A model generated the notes under the pieces. It did no database searches. It saw only the letters and a list, made by a program, of their open reading frames with translations, and was not told where the DNA came from. Of a DNA stretch of 27,400 nucleotides, positions 16,171 to 24,662 are shown one piece after another; the first letter of the stretch is position 1; the number at the start of each line of letters is the position of its first letter. Source of the DNA: a virus (Duplodnaviria; Caudoviricetes); IMG/VR virus record IMGVR_UViG_3300014884_000057, positions 1 through 27,400 of that record; one strand, 5' to 3'. The position numbers and the translations under genes are program-made.

Positions 16171-17826
16171 TTACCCCTTGGCGATGTTCCCGACGCCGGT
16201 CGGCCCGCCGGTGTTGCGCGCGGCGCCGGCGGCCGCGAGCCGCTCGTGGTGGGCCCGCGAGATCGGGTCGAGCCCGGCAAACGGGTCGATCATCTGCGTC
16301 CGCGGGATGAACGGCCGGGCCTCGAAGAAGCGGCCAACGTCCTCGTAAGCGTGGTTCTCGCTGAGCTCGTCCTCGACGTCTGGATCTTTGGCATCCCACG
16401 GCACTTCGGGCACGGTCCGAATCAGGTCCGGGCAGGCCGTGGTGACGGTCCAGTAGGGCAAGCCGTCCGGGGCGGTCTGCAGGGCGTCGAGCCAGCGCTG
16501 GGGGCGGGAGACGCGCGCCGACCGGCCGGCGGCGCCGGGCATCACCATCGCCAGCTTCCCGATCACGTCCTGGTAGACCTCGAAGATGGACTTGGCGATG
16601 TTGTTCTCGGCCCGGCTGCCGCGCATCGCCGGGTCGAGGACCAGCCACTCGGGCCGATACCCCTCGCGTTCGAGCACGATGCGGATCATTTGGGCCTGCT
16701 CGACGTCGCGGACCCGGGGCATGTAGTACTCGAAGAAGGTCCGCACGTGGCCGCCCGGCAACGCCGCGTGCAGGTGGAACGACCACGGCGCGCCGTAGCC
16801 GTAGTCGACCGAGCCGTAGATCAGCGCGCCCTCGGGCGGTTTCCAGTGTTTGTTGGGGATGATGTGCCACGGGATGACCTGGCCGGGTTTCAGGCCGAGC
16901 GCCAGCAGCCGCGTGTCATTCGGGCCGACGAGATGGTTCTCGCGCCACACCGAGCCGACGATCATCGAGTCGTTTGCGTCCCAATCGCCCTCGGCGAGCT
17001 GCTTCGCCTTGTCACCGCCCAGGGCGTAAATCTGGGCCAAGTAGCGCGGGTCGTGCTGCGCCAGCGCGTAGTTGTCGCGGAAGTAGGCCGGGATGAACTG
17101 CCTCGTGAGCATGTCCTCGGGCGGCGTCGGATCGCCGAGCTCTGGTAGCGGCCGCCAAATCTCGAAGGGCCGCGGTTGCGGTCGCCCGCCCAGAGCCACC
17201 GGCGTCGGGCGGATGAACCAGCGCTTCAACCAGCCGTGGCCGATGCCGCCCGGGTTCGACGTCAGGCGGACCCGCTTGCGGATGCCGCGGACCGACCGGA
17301 CGCGGGTGATGAGGTACTTCACCATGAACTCACTGAAATGGCTCGCTTCGTCGATGAACAGCGCGACGACCTGCAGGCCCTGATAGCGATAGACCTCGGA
17401 TTCGTTGCGGCAATGACAGAACCAGATGATCGAGCCGTTCCAGACGTAGAGCGCGTGGTCCTGGCTGTTGTAGTGCGCGATGTGGTCGGGGACGATCTCG
17501 CGGAAGCGGGTGATGACGTTCTTTTTCAGGTCCTCGTGGAAGCGGCGGAAGATGGCGACCTGCACGCCGGGGTGCTCGAGGCAGATGGCCAGGGCCTCGA
17601 CGATGTCGAACTCGGTCTTGCCGCCGCCGACCGCGCCGCCGTAGAAGAGGATTTCCGCTTTACTGGCGTGCGCCTTGAACTGCTTGGGATGCGGGCGGCA
17701 CTTCGTGCCGTCGGGATGACATGGCGGCTCGTGCTCGCAAAACCCCTTCGGACTCGTGTACCCCCAGGTGAAGCCTTTCCGGAGCGCGTCGAGCCGGCGC
17801 GCGGATCGGGCGCGCTTGCCGCTCAT
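16171..17826 (-). CDS. terL: Terminase large subunit
   Basis: Walker A YGGAVGGGKT, Walker B LFIDEA, coupling motif TSNPG, HGWLK, nuclease motifs VDYG and DPA. Confidence 0.95.
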   Translation of the reverse strand: MSGKRARSARRLDALRKGFTWGYTSPKGFCEHEPPCHPDGTKCRPHPKQFKAHASKAEILFYGGAVGGGKTEFDIVEALAICLEHPGVQVAIFRRFHEDLKKNVITRFREIVPDHIAHYNSQDHALYVWNGSIIWFCHCRNESEVYRYQGLQVVALFIDEASHFSEFMVKYLITRVRSVRGIRKRVRLTSNPGGIGHGWLKRWFIRPTPVALGGRPQPRPFEIWRPLPELGDPTPPEDMLTRQFIPAYFRDNYALAQHDPRYLAQIYALGGDKAKQLAEGDWDANDSMIVGSVWRENHLVGPNDTRLLALGLKPGQVIPWHIIPNKHWKPPEGALIYGSVDYGYGAPWSFHLHAALPGGHVRTFFEYYMPRVRDVEQAQMIRIVLEREGYRPEWLVLDPAMRGSRAENNIAKSIFEVYQDVIGKLAMVMPGAAGRSARVSRPQRWLDALQTAPDGLPYWTVTTACPDLIRTVPEVPWDAKDPDVEDELSENHAYEDVGRFFEARPFIPRTQMIDPFAGLDPISRAHHERLAAAGAARNTGGPTGVGNIAKG

Positions 17827-18224
17827 CGCTCGGAGGTCGGATCTCCCGAAGCTCCCTCGATGCCGATGATGACGGCGTTCTTCCGCGGTTCGAACTCAAG
17901 CCGCGTCTCGACGTGAAGCGTCGCCTCGTAAGCGTCGCCGCTGCTGTCCACGCTTTCGGCGAGTTTGCGAAGAGTTGGTTCTCCGTATTCAGAATCCCAC
18001 CATGAGCGATTCGGATTGTTGCTTTCTTCCTGAGCGCGCAGCCGGGCCGCGATCGGGTCGAGCGACCGCGTGTTGTAACCTTCCGAGCCGAAATCCTCAG
18101 CAAACTTGTCGGCGAGCGCGTGATGCGCACCGTCATCGAGGTAAACATCGCCCGGCTGTTCGACCGAGCGCGCGGCGCAGATCGCGATGAGCGTGCCGTC
18201 GACGACGCGGAGGCGAATCGCCAT
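17823..18224 (-). CDS. Hypothetical protein
   Basis: MAIRLRVVDG... has a TAATG overlap with the upstream gene and an ATGA overlap with terL. Start could be 18248. Confidence 0.65.
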   Translation of the reverse strand: MAIRLRVVDGTLIAICAARSVEQPGDVYLDDGAHHALADKFAEDFGSEGYNTRSLDPIAARLRAQEESNNPNRSWWDSEYGEPTLRKLAESVDSSGDAYEATLHVETRLEFEPRKNAVIIGIEGASGDPTSER

Positions 18225-18436
18225 TAGCGAAACCCCATCCGCTGCCAATCGCGCTCGCGGTTGAACAGTTCACGCCGGCGCCGCCCTTGCTCCTCCGCCG
18301 TGACCGGCTTCGATGACATCCGATCGAGCGTCTTCTCCATGCTGAAGCGGAAGTCTCGGCAGCCGGCGGTGTTGAACTCGCAGTCCCGGCAGAACGGGCG
18401 ATGCGCCCCCATATGGTGTCCGCAGGTGCAGATCAT
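18224..18436 (-). CDS. Small Cys/His-rich (zinc-binding-like) protein
   Basis: MICTCGHHMGAHRPFCRDC.....C. ATGA overlap at 18433-18436. Confidence 0.65.
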   Translation of the reverse strand: MICTCGHHMGAHRPFCRDCEFNTAGCRDFRFSMEKTLDRMSSKPVTAEEQGRRRRELFNRERDWQRMGFR

Positions 18437-18630
18437 CGAAATCCGGCCTTCCGATAGATCGGCCGCTGATGCGCGTCGTAGAGGATCGGGCGCTCGGACG
18501 TCACGACGACGCGCTCGCTCATCGGCGGGGCCTCGTCCTGCTTGAACGTGGTGTCGCAGGTAAGGTTGCCGGGGTGATAGTCCCCCTGCTCCTTCGGCCG
18601 GCGTGGCGCGATGGGTTTCTTCATTCGCAC
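18433..18630 (-). CDS. Small hypothetical protein
   Basis: Fills the gap. C-terminal ILYDAHQRPIYRKAGFR. Confidence 0.6.
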   Translation of the reverse strand: MRMKKPIAPRRPKEQGDYHPGNLTCDTTFKQDEAPPMSERVVVTSERPILYDAHQRPIYRKAGFR

Positions 18631-18636
18631 GCCTCG

Positions 18637-19134
18637 CTATCCGGCTGCGCGCGCTCCCAGCCTGGGGCCGGGCGCGTGGACCGACGGCTGCAGCGTGAAC
18701 GCCGGCGCCCACCACTTCGGCCCGCTCACGTAGTTGAAATGCCGCCCTACTGGGTAGCCGGCGCGTTGAGCCCAATCCTCACGAAACACCGTCCGCCCGA
18801 GCCCAAGGTATGTGGCGCCGGCGGGCGGGAATGTCGGCACGACGATCGTCGCGGGCGAGTCGCCAAGGATCGCGTGCCCCCACTTCGATGGGTCGGGGCC
18901 TTCGACAAGGGTTAGCTCGTCCCACAGGTAAACCGGGAGTCGCGATCGGTCGATCGCCGGTTTAGAACTGGCGTTTACAGCGTCCGCGTGCAGCTTCGGC
19001 CGCATGGACACCCACGCGGCGAGCGTGGCGAGCAGGGTTGCGAAGTGCCGGCGGGTCACTGGAACGCCTCGACTGCTGCTGAACTTGTTCGTGTGACCAC
19101 AGACTTTGCACACGCGCGACGGCTCTTTATTCAT
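18637..19134 (-). CDS. Hypothetical protein with internal Tat-like signal (alternative GTG start at 19059)
   Basis: TRRHFATLLATLAAW preceded by GAGG and GTG. ATG 19134 overlaps the upstream stop. Confidence 0.6.
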   Translation of the reverse strand: MNKEPSRVCKVCGHTNKFSSSRGVPVTRRHFATLLATLAAWVSMRPKLHADAVNASSKPAIDRSRLPVYLWDELTLVEGPDPSKWGHAILGDSPATIVVPTFPPAGATYLGLGRTVFREDWAQRAGYPVGRHFNYVSGPKWWAPAFTLQPSVHAPGPRLGARAAG

Positions 19135-19620
19135 GCAGCCTCATTCGGTCGAGGTACCAGTAAATTAACTTGATAATTTTGAATACTGTTGTCGACCAGA
19201 TCGCCGGCATCCCCGAACCCGCCCCCGCGCGCGCCGACCGTGCGCAGCTTGCCCAGGAACTCGGCCGACCGCACGCTGCCGCGCATCGCGAGCTGCGTGT
19301 GCTTGTCGAGGACCAGATCCCATTCCGTGTCCCGCTCGCGGACCAGCATCGAGCGAAGCCAGGCGAGAAACTCCGGGTCCTGCTTCCATTGCCAGATCGA
19401 CGTCCGGCTGATGCCGCACTTCTGGGCCATCGCCGTGTCGTTGACCTTCACGTCCCCAACGAGCGAGACCGCATCGCGCAGCAGCCAGAGGTATTTGAGC
19501 TGGTCCTCGGTGGGCGTGAAGCCGAGCGCCATCGCGGCGGCGACGTCGGCCGCGGCCGCCGCCGAATCCGGGGCGGTCGTCAAGGCCTCCGATCGTTCAG
19601 GATCGTTCAGCGCCGGCGCC
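19131..19620 (-). CDS. HTH protein, terminase small subunit candidate (phBC6A51-type HTH); start uncertain
   Basis: DTAMAQKCGISRTSIWQWKQDPEFLAWL and AMRGSVRSAEFL motifs, upstream of terL. The true start is probably downstream of the 19624 stop, so the given end coordinate is approximate. Confidence 0.6.
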
Positions 19621-19623
19621 GGG

Positions 19624-20169
19624 TCAGGCGCGACGCTTTTCGCGGGCTTTTTCGTTCGCGTGGCCTTGGACGATCGCTTCCGCGAGCTTGTCGAGCCCTT
19701 CGACGTCCGAGCCGTAGCGCGTGATTTCATCCGCAAATACCTCGTGATCGTGGCGCGTCGTCCGGAGTTTCCAGCGCCCGTCCTCGTGTTGGAGCGGGTC
19801 GCCGCCGCCGTTGACGGCAATCACTAAGTGCTTCAGCTCGTGATAGATGAGCCATTCTTTGCGGCGGCCATCCAGGAACCGCCACGCAACGGCATCGACC
19901 AGCACGAGAAACTCCGGCTCTTCCCCGTTCAGCACGGGTGTGCAGAACCCCGCGATCAGGAACGAGACGAGATGCCGGTGGGCTCCCTGCAACTGCGGCA
20001 TTCCAATGAACGCCCAGGCTGGGTCCCCGCGGAGCTTCAACTCGATTTGGCTCTCGATACACACAATCCGAGCGCCGACCGTATGTTGCAGTTCGGGATA
20101 GAGCTGCACGCGCGGCACCAGGCTCTGAGCCTCGGGGCAGAGCGTGAAGGAATCCGGGAACCACTCCAC
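19624..20169 (-). CDS. Putative phage metallopeptidase
   Basis: W..LD.....LIYHELKH (HExxH) and downstream HD.EVF...I.RYG. Confidence 0.8.
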   Translation of the reverse strand: MEWFPDSFTLCPEAQSLVPRVQLYPELQHTVGARIVCIESQIELKLRGDPAWAFIGMPQLQGAHRHLVSFLIAGFCTPVLNGEEPEFLVLVDAVAWRFLDGRRKEWLIYHELKHLVIAVNGGGDPLQHEDGRWKLRTTRHDHEVFADEITRYGSDVEGLDKLAEAIVQGHANEKAREKRRA

Positions 20170-20309
20170 GATGCGGTTGAGTCTGCCCCACGGAGGGGGC
20201 TACCGCCCATCGCGTTGTGTGATGCGCCGACTCCACGGCGCCCACCAGCGTTGTTTCGGGTCGATATTGAGGCTGGGTTGTCGCGGTCGTGATGCCACTT
20301 CGTCTTCAT

Positions 20310-22160
20310 CTAGCGTCCCTCCAAGAACAGCACGGGCTTGGCGACCGCTTCAGATGCGCGTGGATAGTCGAGCAGGCCGAGACTGCGCAACGATCCCAGG
20401 TTGTTGAAGTACGCGCCCGACGTGGGCGACACGCCGATCGACGTGGCGAGTTCTTCCTTAGCGAGCGCGTTCGGATAGACCGCGATCAGTGCTTCGAGGA
20501 TCTTCCACTTCGCCGGCGGTAATTTGCTGCGAATCGCCTCATGCAATTCATCGGTGGTCGTGGGCACGTTTTCGACAACGGCGGTGACTCGGCCGTCATC
20601 GGTGAGCGCGACGGTCCCGCCAGAGGGGTAGCCAATTAATCCCGCCGTGCGCAGCGCGCCGAGATTATTGAAGTAGGCGCCGCTGGTCGGACTCACGCCG
20701 ACGATGAGCGCCAGCTGGGTTTTGTCGGCCTCTGGCACGCCGATACCTTCCATGAACGCCAGGCCATTCAGGATTTTCTGCTTTGCGGGCGTGAGGCCTT
20801 CGGTGACGTGGCCGTTCGAACCGATGGCTACCGCTTGACGAATCGGTGGTGTTTTCGCATGAACTTGCGGAGCGACCCGCGCAAGCGGAACCCTGATCCC
20901 TGATCCCTGTACCTGCTTGACCGGCGCGATCGCCAACCCGTTCAACTTCTCGAGCAGCTTCTTGACGCTGGCCTTGTCGAGAATTTCCGCGACCGTTTCC
21001 GCTGCTACGATGCCGACGCCGCGCGTGGATGCGACATAGTCGGCCAGAACGCCTTCGACCAACCGCTTCGCTCGCTGCTCGGCCTCGGTCGCAATTTCCC
21101 CAGCCTTCACGTCGATTAGAATCAGCTTCGATTCAATCTTCGAGAGCAGCGCGCGATCGGCATCGGTGAGGGCTGGAACCTGTTTTACTTCCTGTTTTGT
21201 ACCTGAAAATGAGAGCTCGGCCGTTCGCTCTAACTCCTTGATGCGGCGATCTTTATCAACGATCGCCTTCTTCATCTCCGCCGTCGTGCGTTCCCGATCC
21301 GCCGCTTCCGCCGGCAGGTCGGACAGTTGCGGCAGGAGCGCCTTCACCTTGTCGGTCGGCGGTGGGATACGGGCGGCCAGTTGTGATCCGGCTTGCGGGT
21401 GCGTCGTCTGCACCGCGCCGACCTTCACCTTCGTGACATCCTTCGAGATGGCCGGGCCGAAGGCGTAGAACTCGCCGTCGTTCAGATCGCGAATCTGCCG
21501 GATCGCGTCCTTGCCTTCGAGCCCGAGCTCGGCGCCGCTGCGCTTGATGTCGGCATCCAGGCTGGCGCGCCCGATCAACTTGTTCGCGCACATCGCGGCG
21601 GCATCCTTATCGAGTGTCGGCAATCGCTGCGTCGCCAACACGGCGCAGAATCCACGCTTTCGACCGCGGGTGCAGAGCGCCTTGACGGCTGACGCGCTCT
21701 CCGCTTCGCCCTTGCCCTTCTCGGGCGCGAACGAATGTGCTTCGTCGATCACCACGAGGACGGGATGCCATAGATGCTTCGGCGCATCGACCATCGCTTC
21801 GAGGAAGTAGCGCACGAACTTCACCCGTTGATCGGGATTCAATTCGTAGATGTCGATGATGGCCGAGACGCCGAGCTCCAGCAGCCGTTCCGCCAGTAGC
21901 TTCGCCGTGCGGACATCGGCCAACGTGTCGCCGCCCTGCTTGGCCGCCAGGACGTAATCGAACTTCTCACGCAGCGTCGAGAACTCGCCTTCCGGATCGA
22001 TGACGATCTGCTGGCACATGCCGTGCGATTGTTCGAGCAGCCGGCGCAACAGCCAGGACTTACCGGCACCCGACGTCGCCTGCAGCAACAGCCGCCCGGT
22101 CATCAACTTGTCGAGGTCGATCGAAACGCCCGGGCCGATGTTGATCAGTCGCTTCTTCAC
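20310..22160 (-). CDS. HerA/DUF87-like P-loop ATPase with two C-terminal winged-helix repeats
   Basis: Walker A ATSGAGKS, IDPEGE, Walker B VVIDEAH, RGRKRG and ATQR. AGGAG RBS before GTG 22160. Confidence 0.85.
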   Translation of the reverse strand: MKKRLINIGPGVSIDLDKLMTGRLLLQATSGAGKSWLLRRLLEQSHGMCQQIVIDPEGEFSTLREKFDYVLAAKQGGDTLADVRTAKLLAERLLELGVSAIIDIYELNPDQRVKFVRYFLEAMVDAPKHLWHPVLVVIDEAHSFAPEKGKGEAESASAVKALCTRGRKRGFCAVLATQRLPTLDKDAAAMCANKLIGRASLDADIKRSGAELGLEGKDAIRQIRDLNDGEFYAFGPAISKDVTKVKVGAVQTTHPQAGSQLAARIPPPTDKVKALLPQLSDLPAEAADRERTTAEMKKAIVDKDRRIKELERTAELSFSGTKQEVKQVPALTDADRALLSKIESKLILIDVKAGEIATEAEQRAKRLVEGVLADYVASTRGVGIVAAETVAEILDKASVKKLLEKLNGLAIAPVKQVQGSGIRVPLARVAPQVHAKTPPIRQAVAIGSNGHVTEGLTPAKQKILNGLAFMEGIGVPEADKTQLALIVGVSPTSGAYFNNLGALRTAGLIGYPSGGTVALTDDGRVTAVVENVPTTTDELHEAIRSKLPPAKWKILEALIAVYPNALAKEELATSIGVSPTSGAYFNNLGSLRSLGLLDYPRASEAVAKPVLFLEGR

Positions 22161-22483
22161 TTCGACTCCTTGGCGGCCGCCGCCCACATGACACCAGCGC
22201 CGAACCCGTCGCCCCATGAACCGGCCTTCGTGATTTCAACCTTCTTGTCACTCATGCGCGTTTCCTCCGGCTCCTGAAGACTCGGCATCGCCTTCCGGGC
22301 CTTTGTCGGCTGTCTCGGCGCTACTTCTTGAATCGTGACGACGACTCGCACAGGCTTCGACCATTTGAAACTCGGGGTTGGCTTTGTAGGGAATAGCCCT
22401 CCATCGAGTGCTCCGTACAACTGCGCCAATCGGTCTAAGTCCTTATCTATTAGCACCCACATTTTACGCGTCCGTGTCTTCAT
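22157..22483 (-). CDS. Hypothetical protein (possibly two in-frame units; internal RBS and ATG at 22255)
   Basis: Overlapping start/stop at both ends. GGAGG before the internal ATG. Confidence 0.55.
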   Translation of the reverse strand: MKTRTRKMWVLIDKDLDRLAQLYGALDGGLFPTKPTPSFKWSKPVRVVVTIQEVAPRQPTKARKAMPSLQEPEETRMSDKKVEITKAGSWGDGFGAGVMWAAAAKESK

Positions 22484-22683
22484 GCGCGTTTCCGTTCTCC
22501 AATCGAATCAATGGACTTCAACTTCGCCTTCGGTCTGAGGCGTCGGCTCCAGGTATAGATCGGCTCCGGGCGAATCCCAAGCATCCGATACGTCGCGCGT
22601 TCGTAGTGCCGCGCCCGATCCTCCGACCAGTGCGGGATAAACATGTGGCCGGTACGCCCGGTCAGCCAGTGCCAGAGATTCAT
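22480..22683 (-). CDS. Small hypothetical protein (67 aa)
   Basis: GGAGG RBS and ATGA overlaps. Confidence 0.6.
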   Translation of the reverse strand: MNLWHWLTGRTGHMFIPHWSEDRARHYERATYRMLGIRPEPIYTWSRRLRPKAKLKSIDSIGERKRA

Positions 22684-22769
22684 ACGTGCCTCCGCCCCTG
22701 CCCGTCGCGCTCGCGGTAGTCGTCATGATCCAGAAGGCAGCCGGTGAACACGCGAGCCCAGAACCCCAT
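22680..22769 (-). CDS. Very small ORF (29 aa, MGFWARVFTGC...), possible gene remnant
   Basis: Manual translation. Abuts the upstream stop and overlaps the downstream ATG. Confidence 0.4.
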   Translation of the reverse strand: MGFWARVFTGCLLDHDDYRERDGQGRRHV

Positions 22770-23177
22770 TTAGCGGCCCTCAGCCTTGGCGATGGCGGCT
22801 TCGATCTTGTGGCGCATATCGTCGCTGAGCGCTGTGATTGCGGCCGGATAGCACGTCATGAATAACTTGACGGCTTCCAGCAGGTCCGGCGCGGCGGCGA
22901 TGAGATGCGCGTTGGCTTCGGACAGGTCATCGAGATCAAGGAGCGTGAGGATAGGCTTGTCTACGAAACGCAGATCACACATCTCCACGTCGCCATTTCG
23001 GTCACGAGCGGCATCGAAGGCGCGATCGAAGGCTTCACGGTCTATAACGCTCCACAGTTCGCCATCGCCGTACCACTCCCACGGCCCCGGCGTCGGCGCT
23101 TGCCGTTCCGGTGCGGCGACCGGGGTATCGTTCCCGACCGCCGCGGCGTCAGCACCCAAATTCTGATCCTTCGTCAT
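22770..23177 (-). CDS. Conserved phage hypothetical protein (TPGPW...ANAxLIAAAPDLLEA family)
   Basis: Signature motifs PTPGPW and ANAHLIAAAPDLLEA, C-terminal AIAKAEG. GGAGG RBS before ATG 23177. Confidence 0.8.
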   Translation of the reverse strand: MTKDQNLGADAAAVGNDTPVAAPERQAPTPGPWEWYGDGELWSVIDREAFDRAFDAARDRNGDVEMCDLRFVDKPILTLLDLDDLSEANAHLIAAAPDLLEAVKLFMTCYPAAITALSDDMRHKIEAAIAKAEGR

Positions 23178-23234
23178 GAGACCTTCCTCCGCCACAGGGG
23201 TGAATTGTGAATGTGGATCATGGCGCTTTGCTCG

Positions 23235-23387
23235 TCACTCGTCTATTTCGCCACGGTGTTGCATGTTGACGACGTAATCGATCTCGCGCTGCAGTCTCTC
23301 CGCCTTCTGCGTCTCGTGGTGCAACCAGAGGGCATAGAAGGCTCCACAGATCAAGCCGAGAACGACGAGGACGGCGGTGTAGATCAT
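23235..23387 (-). CDS. Small membrane protein (50 aa)
   Basis: Manual translation MIYTAVLVVLGLICGAFYALWL... with AGGAG RBS. Confidence 0.65.
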   Translation of the reverse strand: MIYTAVLVVLGLICGAFYALWLHHETQKAERLQREIDYVVNMQHRGEIDE

Positions 23388-23998
23388 GGGTTACTCCTGT
23401 CCGCAGATGTCGAGATACGCTTCAATGAAGGCTTGCGCGACCTGAGGGACGATCGCATTGCCGAATCCAGACAACGCAACCATGTCTCTGGATACCCCAT
23501 CCGACGGCACCACGCCTGCGGGGTTACTTCGATGCCTCGGCATCCCGCCCACTTTTGCATCGACAGACAATCCTGATTGGCTGTCGCGGTTGGAGTGGCC
23601 CACAAAGTAAACCCGAGGGCGCGCATGGTCGTGACCGACACCAACAGCCGGCAGAACCGCCGCCCCGATCTCGTAACCCAAGGCACCCACGTCAGAGCAG
23701 AGCCAATCGAACCATTCACGAGCGGGAACCTGTTCGCCAAAGAACACGCGAGGGCGACCTGTATCGATGAGGCGCCGCTGTTCGGGCCACAAATCATCCG
23801 CAACCGCTCGGCCTCGAGTCGCGCTCGATAACCGTTGGCAGGGACATGAGAATGTCCAAACAGGTCGGTCGTCCGGCCATCCGGCGAGTCGGAGGGCGTA
23901 GCTCCATCCGCAAATTCCGGCAAAGAAATGGCACTGGATGAAGCCGCGCACGTCGGCCGCAGTAACGTCTCGGATGTCGCGCTCGTCAACTTCGCCAT
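23384..23998 (-). CDS. Overlapping-frame ORF carrying C5-MTase motif IX (beta-polypeptide candidate)
   Basis: VTPQAWCRRMGYPETW resembles motif IX. Its stop overlaps the ATG of the next gene (ATGA at 23384-23387). Confidence 0.55.
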   Translation of the reverse strand: MAKLTSATSETLLRPTCAASSSAISLPEFADGATPSDSPDGRTTDLFGHSHVPANGYRARLEAERLRMICGPNSGASSIQVALACSLANRFPLVNGSIGSALTWVPWVTRSGRRFCRLLVSVTTMRALGFTLWATPTATANQDCLSMQKWAGCRGIEVTPQAWCRRMGYPETWLRCLDSAMRSSLRSRKPSLKRISTSADRSNP

Positions 23999-24077
23999 CA
24001 GCTATCAGTCCCGCCTTAATGAGTTCTCGCAACCACTGCGCTGCGAACGGATCGATCTCGTTGTAGTACGCCGCCAT
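23391..24077 (-). CDS. DNA (cytosine-5) methyltransferase, phage type
   Basis: FFAGICG (I), SCPCQ (IV), GEQV (VI variant), HARPRVYFV (VIII) and GNAIVP (X). Confidence 0.9.
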   Translation of the reverse strand: MAAYYNEIDPFAAQWLRELIKAGLIADGEVDERDIRDVTAADVRGFIQCHFFAGICGWSYALRLAGWPDDRPVWTFSCPCQRLSSATRGRAVADDLWPEQRRLIDTGRPRVFFGEQVPAREWFDWLCSDVGALGYEIGAAVLPAVGVGHDHARPRVYFVGHSNRDSQSGLSVDAKVGGMPRHRSNPAGVVPSDGVSRDMVALSGFGNAIVPQVAQAFIEAYLDICGQE

Positions 24078-24114
24078 TCGTCACCACAGCCCCCGCTGCA
24101 CGATCGCGATCGAC

Positions 24115-24425
24115 CTACCTGGCTCTAAGTTCAGTGATGGTGATGCCATATTCAGATTCGATGTGCTTCAACTTCCATTTATATAATTGCGTCCGAAATC
24201 CTTTAATTTCTTCGATGACTTGCTTGCCGCCTTTATCGATGTATGAGAAGTCAGCGACGTAATGCCCAATGCGCCAGCCTTTACCGTCCGGCCCCGTTGT
24301 ACCTGTGGCTCTCCGCTTTCGAGGCGAACGTGATGCCGTGGATCGTGGGTGTGCAAGGGGTAGCGCGGGTTGCAAAATCAACGCGGTGATCTCGCCGGCC
24401 TTCACGAGCAGTAAGAGTTCCGCAT
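24115..24425 (-). pseudogene. DUF1064-like nuclease, internally rearranged and 5' truncated
   Basis: C-terminal YVADFSY...VIEEIKG.RT..YK.K is intact. The normally N-terminal GITFASKAE..RY block sits downstream of ELLLL.KAGEI..L.LQP. Confidence 0.7.
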
Positions 24426-24662
24426 GAGCGCGGAATACCCGTGGCCCGATTGAGTTCGATGTCGCTGATCCCTTTGTTCGCCAGCAGCCTTGATCAACAA
24501 GAGGATGCGCGTGTTCTGGATCGCCTTTCGGCTCGTCTGCGCGTTCTCGATCGCGGCCAACGCGGAGGTTTCCCTGGCTTCGACATGCGGTGAGGGCGCC
24601 ACGGCTGATGAGCGCGGATCGAAGTGAAAGGCACCCGAGAAGTCGATCTGCGCCTGCTTCAT
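24426..24662 (-). pseudogene. HTH-like protein, frameshifted and truncated
   Basis: MKQAQIDF...RILLLIKAAGEQ continues after a +1 shift (near 24473) as GISDIELNRATGIPRS, then breaks into DUF1064-like sequence. Confidence 0.55.

Noticed and set aside
16320-16380. TerL C-terminal nuclease motif reads NHAYED rather than DHAxD
   Set aside because: Acidic residues are retained, so this is within plausible terminase variation.
19624-19820. Long overlap of the TerS-like ORF with the metallopeptidase
   Set aside because: The extension is low-complexity shadow sequence; a downstream start is more plausible.
20170-20298. In-frame TAG (20200-20202) upstream of the metallopeptidase, suggesting amber recoding
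   Set aside because: TAG serves as a normal stop at 3407, 12315, 20310 and 24115, no suppressor tRNA is present, and the extension has no recognisable motif.
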